The position numbers were made by a program, and so were the translations under genes. A DNA stretch of 64,000 nt from Octopus vulgaris. Its lineage: Eukaryota. The stretch lies in contig OX597817.1 in the NCBI GenBank assembly GCA_951406725.2, positions 137,888,001 to 137,952,000 on the forward strand, read 5' to 3'. Below, piece by piece: positions 58,601-64,000 of the stretch. Each line of letters starts with the position of its first letter. The stretch's first letter is position 1. The notes beneath the pieces were generated by a model. The model saw only the letters and a program-made list of their open reading frames with translations. It did no database searches and had not been told where the DNA came from.

Positions 58601-59829
58601 ATATCATTTATATATCTGCATATGTATATATGTATTGCTTGTTTTTGTTTCTTGGAAAAAACCCACTTTGTGTGCAGACTTTTGTTTATCCGAGAGAATA
58701 ATCTGGAATGCTTTCCCGCTTATTTCTCTGTAAAATGTTTTCCGTAAGTCTTTGTAAAGTTTCTTAATGAACGGGAATCTGATGTAATTTGCGTCATTCT
58801 CGTCTTAGAAGTGAAATGTTTAAAAGCGGAATTTAAAAACTAAATTACTGACAACTTAATTCATTCTTCTTTAGGAACACTCAACATTTGTTTCGTGAAT
58901 ATCAATTCTTCGCTAATTTCCCAACAGGTCGTTGATTCCTTCAAACTATAAATCTATTAATCTGCCATTGTCTATAACTACATAGACAACCGCCACTCAC
59001 AAGACACTGGTCATGATTAAATGGTCTCTTCGTCACCAAGTCTTCGATATTTGCTATTCTTGCCATCCGTTTACCCCAACAAATTGTTACTTTATTTTCG
59101 GATCACCTCATATATAAATACTTATACAAAGAACTCTATATTTTACAGAGTTAACAGGACAAACATCATATGGCCACCCCTCTCTCTCCTCTCTCTCTCT
59201 CTTTCTCGCTCTCTTTCTCTTACTGTCACCCTCTCCCTCCATCTTCTTCTCACTCTCTCTTTCTCCCTCTCTCAAATTGCACTTCTACAGCCTTTTAAAA
59301 AAGGTGGCATTGGATAATGCAGTTCTGGACACACTATATCTAAATATAGTCACTGATGGAACGCCTATTATAATGTCTGTTTTATCAATGCTGAACTAAA
59401 CAATGGCAAATACCAGAATAACTGTCTGTCTTGAAAATTTCTGTTATTTTAACTCCATCTTATACACATTTCCTTTGTCTGCGACTCTGTATTTCTTCAC
59501 TTTGTCTCTCAAACATTTAAATATTAAAGATATTTTCTTCACTTCTGTTGTTTTAACCCCACTTTCCAAAATAGTTCTTTATCTCAGAGTGAACATCTCA
59601 AAGCAGTTCTTATATATTCAAAAACTATTCTTCATCGCTACACGTTGTGGTCCTTGTTGATGCTGTTTTTCAACTTCTTTTAATCCTAGCCAAAACCTCC
59701 AAACTCAGTGACTAGTCGGGAGTTAATCTGTTCTCTCAAATGCCAATCAATATTTGAACTCATCGTTAATTTTCCAGTTTGATTTGGAGGAAGCTTGTGT
59801 GAGGAATGTTCTCTGAGACTGTTAAAGTT

Positions 59830-60471
59830 AACTTAATGAACTGCTTAAGCAATCACAAGTTGATGACGTTAGGAAAGACTTGTACAGGAGGAAATTCCAG
59901 ATATCCAATGTTCTGGAAAGAAAGGACTGGACATAATTTTTGTTGGATCTAGATGTGATGGACACAGTTACATCTTGGGGAGAAGAAAGAAAAGTGATTC
60001 AAGAGTGGTTAAGTGATAGTAAGAGTAAGAAAATCAGAGAGAGGAGATTACGTTTGTGGGTCACAGGACGGAATATGTTGGTGAGAGACTTTATGCTAAA
60101 CAGTCGGGCAGATTTTCTTTGGCTATATTCAAATATCTCTACGTGTGCAGAAGCAGCAGCAACAGCATCGGGCCTCGTATGTGGGAGCAATATTGCCGTG
60201 TGGACCTCACCCGAGATTTACTCTTTTACTCATTTACTTGTTTCAGTCATTTGACTGCGGTCATGCTGGAGCACCACCTTTTAGTCGAAGAAATCGACTC
60301 CAGGACATATTGTTTGTAAGCCTAGTACTTATTCTCTCGGCCTTTTTTGCCGAACCGCTAAGTACGGTGGCATAAACACACCGACATCGGTTGTCAAGCA
60401 ATGGTGGGTTTACAAACACAGACACACAAATGCATACATATATACATACATACATATATACATACACACAC

Positions 60472-60530
<59 letters not shown>

Positions 60531-60584
60531 CATGAAATTTGAATTTTTCCATATAAGTTTGGAATAATATTCCCTCATATTATC

Positions 60585-60630
<46 letters not shown>

Positions 60631-61000
60631 GCATACAACGGGCTTCTTTCAGTTTCCGTCTACCAAATCCACTCACAAGGCTGGACATGTTTAAGTTGGA
60701 GGGGAGCTGCGATAATGTTTCTTCGATGCAATATTTGTTGTTGAAGGCGACAGGGTTGGTTTAATCTCATTGAAGGATGTTTTGGAGGTCTTTGAGTATG
60801 GAACTAGCGTAGATTGCAAGCGTGATGTCTAACTTCTATGCAGAGGAAACTTCGGGTGCAGTTGTTTAGGATCTACTGAAGGGTACTACCATCTCCATAG
60901 GGGTGGACATAATTGATGACGACAGCAAGTAAATAGTTGATGTATAGGAGTGGGAGTATGTGGGACAAAACCGAACACAGGGGGCTTGTAAGAAACAATA
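59830..61000 (-). pseudogene. Decayed L2/Jockey-group LINE RT, interrupted by SINE A
   Basis: SVLSHILPLLYINYL (GSVLSPTLFLLYINDL), HPYGDGST (YADDST), QRKSARL...HKRN, SRTLDIWN. Confidence 0.7.
60218..60682 (-). mobile_element. SINE family A lacking the tRNA head
   Basis: Right module, microsatellite, and left module ending at ccactcacaaggct. Confidence 0.9.
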
Positions 61001-61242
61001 AAGCGTAGGTGAGGACCGAAATCTGATCACCAAGAAATTAGAAACATTGATGGAATGCAGAACACAGGACATTATTAGAACACATACAAAGCACAAGAAA
61101 AGAGGCAGTTTTAACAGTAACTTTCTCAATACTCGAGACACAGTCAAAGTCCATAAATATATTTCAAAGCACTGACAATAAGCGAGTAACTCCGAGTAGC
61201 AAAGGATTGAATCAAAAGACAGACAGACAAATAGCAAGAGGG

Positions 61243-61263
61243 CTAGCTAGCTAGCTAGCTAGC

Positions 61264-61359
<96 letters not shown>

Positions 61360-61365
61360 TAGACG

Positions 61366-61436
<71 letters not shown>

Positions 61437-61613
61437 TTCTATATTGCCCACAGGGGGTTAACAATAGAGGGGACAAGCAAGGACAGACAAGGAGATTAAG
61501 TCGATTACATCGACTCCAGTGATTAACTGGTACTTATTTAATCGACCCCGAAAGGATGAATGGCAAAGTCGACGTCGGCGGAATTCGAACTCAGAACGTA
61601 GATAGATAGATGT

Positions 61614-61710
<97 letters not shown>

Positions 61711-61727
61711 CAGGCAGACAGGCAGGC

Positions 61728-61786
<59 letters not shown>

Positions 61787-61822
61787 TGATGGATGGGTGG
61801 ATGGATGGATGAAAAAAAAGAT

Positions 61823-61885
<63 letters not shown>

Positions 61886-61930
61886 AGAAAGAAAGAAAGA
61901 AAAAAGATAGAAAGAATAGAAAGAATGAAA
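61243..61930. repeat. GCTA/GATA/GACA/GAAA tetranucleotide block
   Basis: Direct inspection; contains a SINE B fragment. Confidence 0.92.
61435..61600 (-). mobile_element. SINE family B, 5'-truncated
   Basis: attaagtcgattacatcgac...atcgaccccgaaaggatgaa...gaactcagaacgta. Confidence 0.9.
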
Positions 61931-61931
61931 G

Positions 61932-63150
61932 TTAGTTAGTTAATTAATTTTTTGGCTCAAAAGCAAAAAGCAAGGCCATGTAGGGGGACATGGAGTTAAG
62001 TACAGGGTGGTATTCATGTAAAGAGTTCAGACCACTTGAGGTCAAGGGAGGCTTTGAACAAAGCGGTCGTCGGCATCTTCACCATCTCGTCTGGCAGCTT
62101 GTTCCACGGATCCGCAACCCGGACGGAGAAAGCTACTCTCCTTCGATTGAGATGAAATCGTCGCAGGTAGAGCTTTTCGGAATGACCTCGCAGCCGAAGC
62201 TCTGGAGCTGGAGTGAAGAACAGCTCTTTCGAGAGGTTACACTTTCCGCTTATGATGTTGTGAGCGAGAATGAGATCACCACGGCGGCGAAGTTTTTCTA
62301 GAGAATAAAGGTCGAGCGTCTTCAGCCTTTCTTCATAAGACAAATTCTTGAGACCATGAACCATGCGGGTAGCCAGCTTCTGGACTCTTTCGAGATGCTG
62401 TATGTCTTTGGGGAGATAAGGAGAAGAGGCTTGAATCCCGTACTCCAATATGGGTCTCACCAGCGTTACATAGAGCGGTAGGAATATGGCTGCTGTGAGC
62501 ATTCCGAATGACTGTCGAATCAAGAACAGAATTCCGCGTGCTTTGTTGGCAGCATGGACACACTGGGCCGAAGGCGAAAAGGAGGAATCCACTAAGATAC
62601 CCAGGTCCTTTACCTGATCGGTCCTCTCCAGCAGCAGACGACCCGGCTCGAAATCAAGTTGAGTTGCAGGAGGAGAGCCAACAGGCAGATGACAGCACTT
62701 TGACACGTTCAGACACAGGTCCCATTCGTTAGACCACCTCCAAATTTGGTGGAGGCATCGACGAAGATCCTCTATATCACCGCGAGGAGTTTGACATCGT
62801 CGGCAAATAGAAGGGTGTGTTGCGTGAGGTCGTCGGGCAAGTCATTTATGAAGACTAGGAACAATAAGGGCCCAAGCACTGAATCTTGAGGCACGCCAAT
62901 GCTCGCATTGGAGACGTCGGACCGCGAACCATTAACTTGGACTTGGAAGGAGCGATCTGAGAGGAAGGCACCAACCCATCGTACAATATCCGGATGGAAA
63001 CTATATGCTTGAAGCTTGACAAGTAATAGGCGGTGGTTTACCGAGTCAAAAGCTTTGGCAAAGTCCAATAAAACGATGTCAACAGCATCACTATCATCGA
63101 GGATGCGCGTCACCAATTCTTCCATTACCAGTAAGTTGTTCAAGCATGAT
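61932..63150 (-). pseudogene. CR1-clade LINE, 5'-truncated, well preserved RT and 3' UTR
   Basis: LDFAKAFDSVNH, GVPQDSVLGPLLFLVFINDL, LFADDVKL, VRPILEY, LERVQKLATR, WNKLP; one frameshift near 62775; (TAAC)n tail. Confidence 0.95.
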
Positions 63151-63619
63151 CTCTATCAGTTTCACTTCTATATCACACCAAGTCAGTCTTGTGCTGTCCT
63201 CCTTATAGATTCCACTCTATCTCAAGCCTTGTGGATATCAACTCTTCATATCCATCCACACAATTCTTGTTTCTTCCTCCCTTCCCCCCTCTCTCTCTCT
63301 CCATTAATTCTTGCCTTCTGTTAACAAACTCTGTAATACATTTTTTCCTAATTAAGTCTCCGAAATATTTTTACTTTTCTCTCTTTGATGCTGTCAAATA
63401 AAATTCTTTCAGTTTTTGCCATTCTTAATTCTTCCTCATTGGTTTTGTGTTGTGTCCATGATATTCTCAAACCTTTTCTCTATACCGACATCTCAAAGAC
63501 TTCCAATCATTTGTTAATATCCATTTTTCTGCTCCATACAATTCACTCGGCAATACATAACACTTTAATAATCCGGGGTTTTTTTCTAGATTTCAGGATT
63601 ATGTCTCACAATTTTTTCA

Positions 63620-63896
63620 CATCTCTCTCTCTCTCTCTCTCACCCTCTCTCTCTCTCACTCACTCTCTCTCACTCACTCACTCTCTCTTCCACTCACTCA
63701 CTCTCTATCTCTGTCTGTATATACATATATATATATATATGTGTATATATATGTGTGTGTGTGTACATAAACACGCACATATATTCTATTCTATCTTTCT
63801 TTCTCTCTCTCTCACTCACTCTCTCTCTCACTCACTCTCTCTCTCACTCACTCACTCTCTCTCTCTCTCTCACTTTCTATCTCTCTCTGTATATAC

Positions 63897-63945
<49 letters not shown>

Positions 63946-63985
63946 CACACACATATATTCTATTCTATCTTTCTATCTCTCTCAG
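63620..63985. repeat. CT/CACT/TA microsatellite with tandem duplication
   Basis: acatatattctattctatctttct repeated near 63777 and 63951. Confidence 0.9.
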
Positions 63986-64000
63986 TCTTCCTTTTGATTT

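Overview
Eukaryotic, AT-rich, extremely microsatellite-dense DNA with no recognisable host gene. The SINE families and repeat landscape are most consistent with a coleoid cephalopod (Octopus); this is an inference from recalled repeat families, not a database result. Most ORFs in the track are translated simple repeats. The rest are decayed transposon coding fragments: CR1, L2/Jockey-group, RTE/BovB, R4/Dong-like RLE LINEs, a Penelope-like RT, Tc1 and mariner transposases. About 20 tRNA-derived SINE copies of three families, Helentron/HINE-like ends, MITEs and several Penelope-type pLTR-like repeats fill the gaps. The most notable signal is a set of minimal hammerhead-ribozyme-like motifs with non-canonical cores and covarying stems in these pLTR-like repeats. 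One foldback element has lost precisely its ribozyme-like segment from one arm. I see no well-supported new multi-gene system. Boundaries of decayed elements are approximate (tens of bp).
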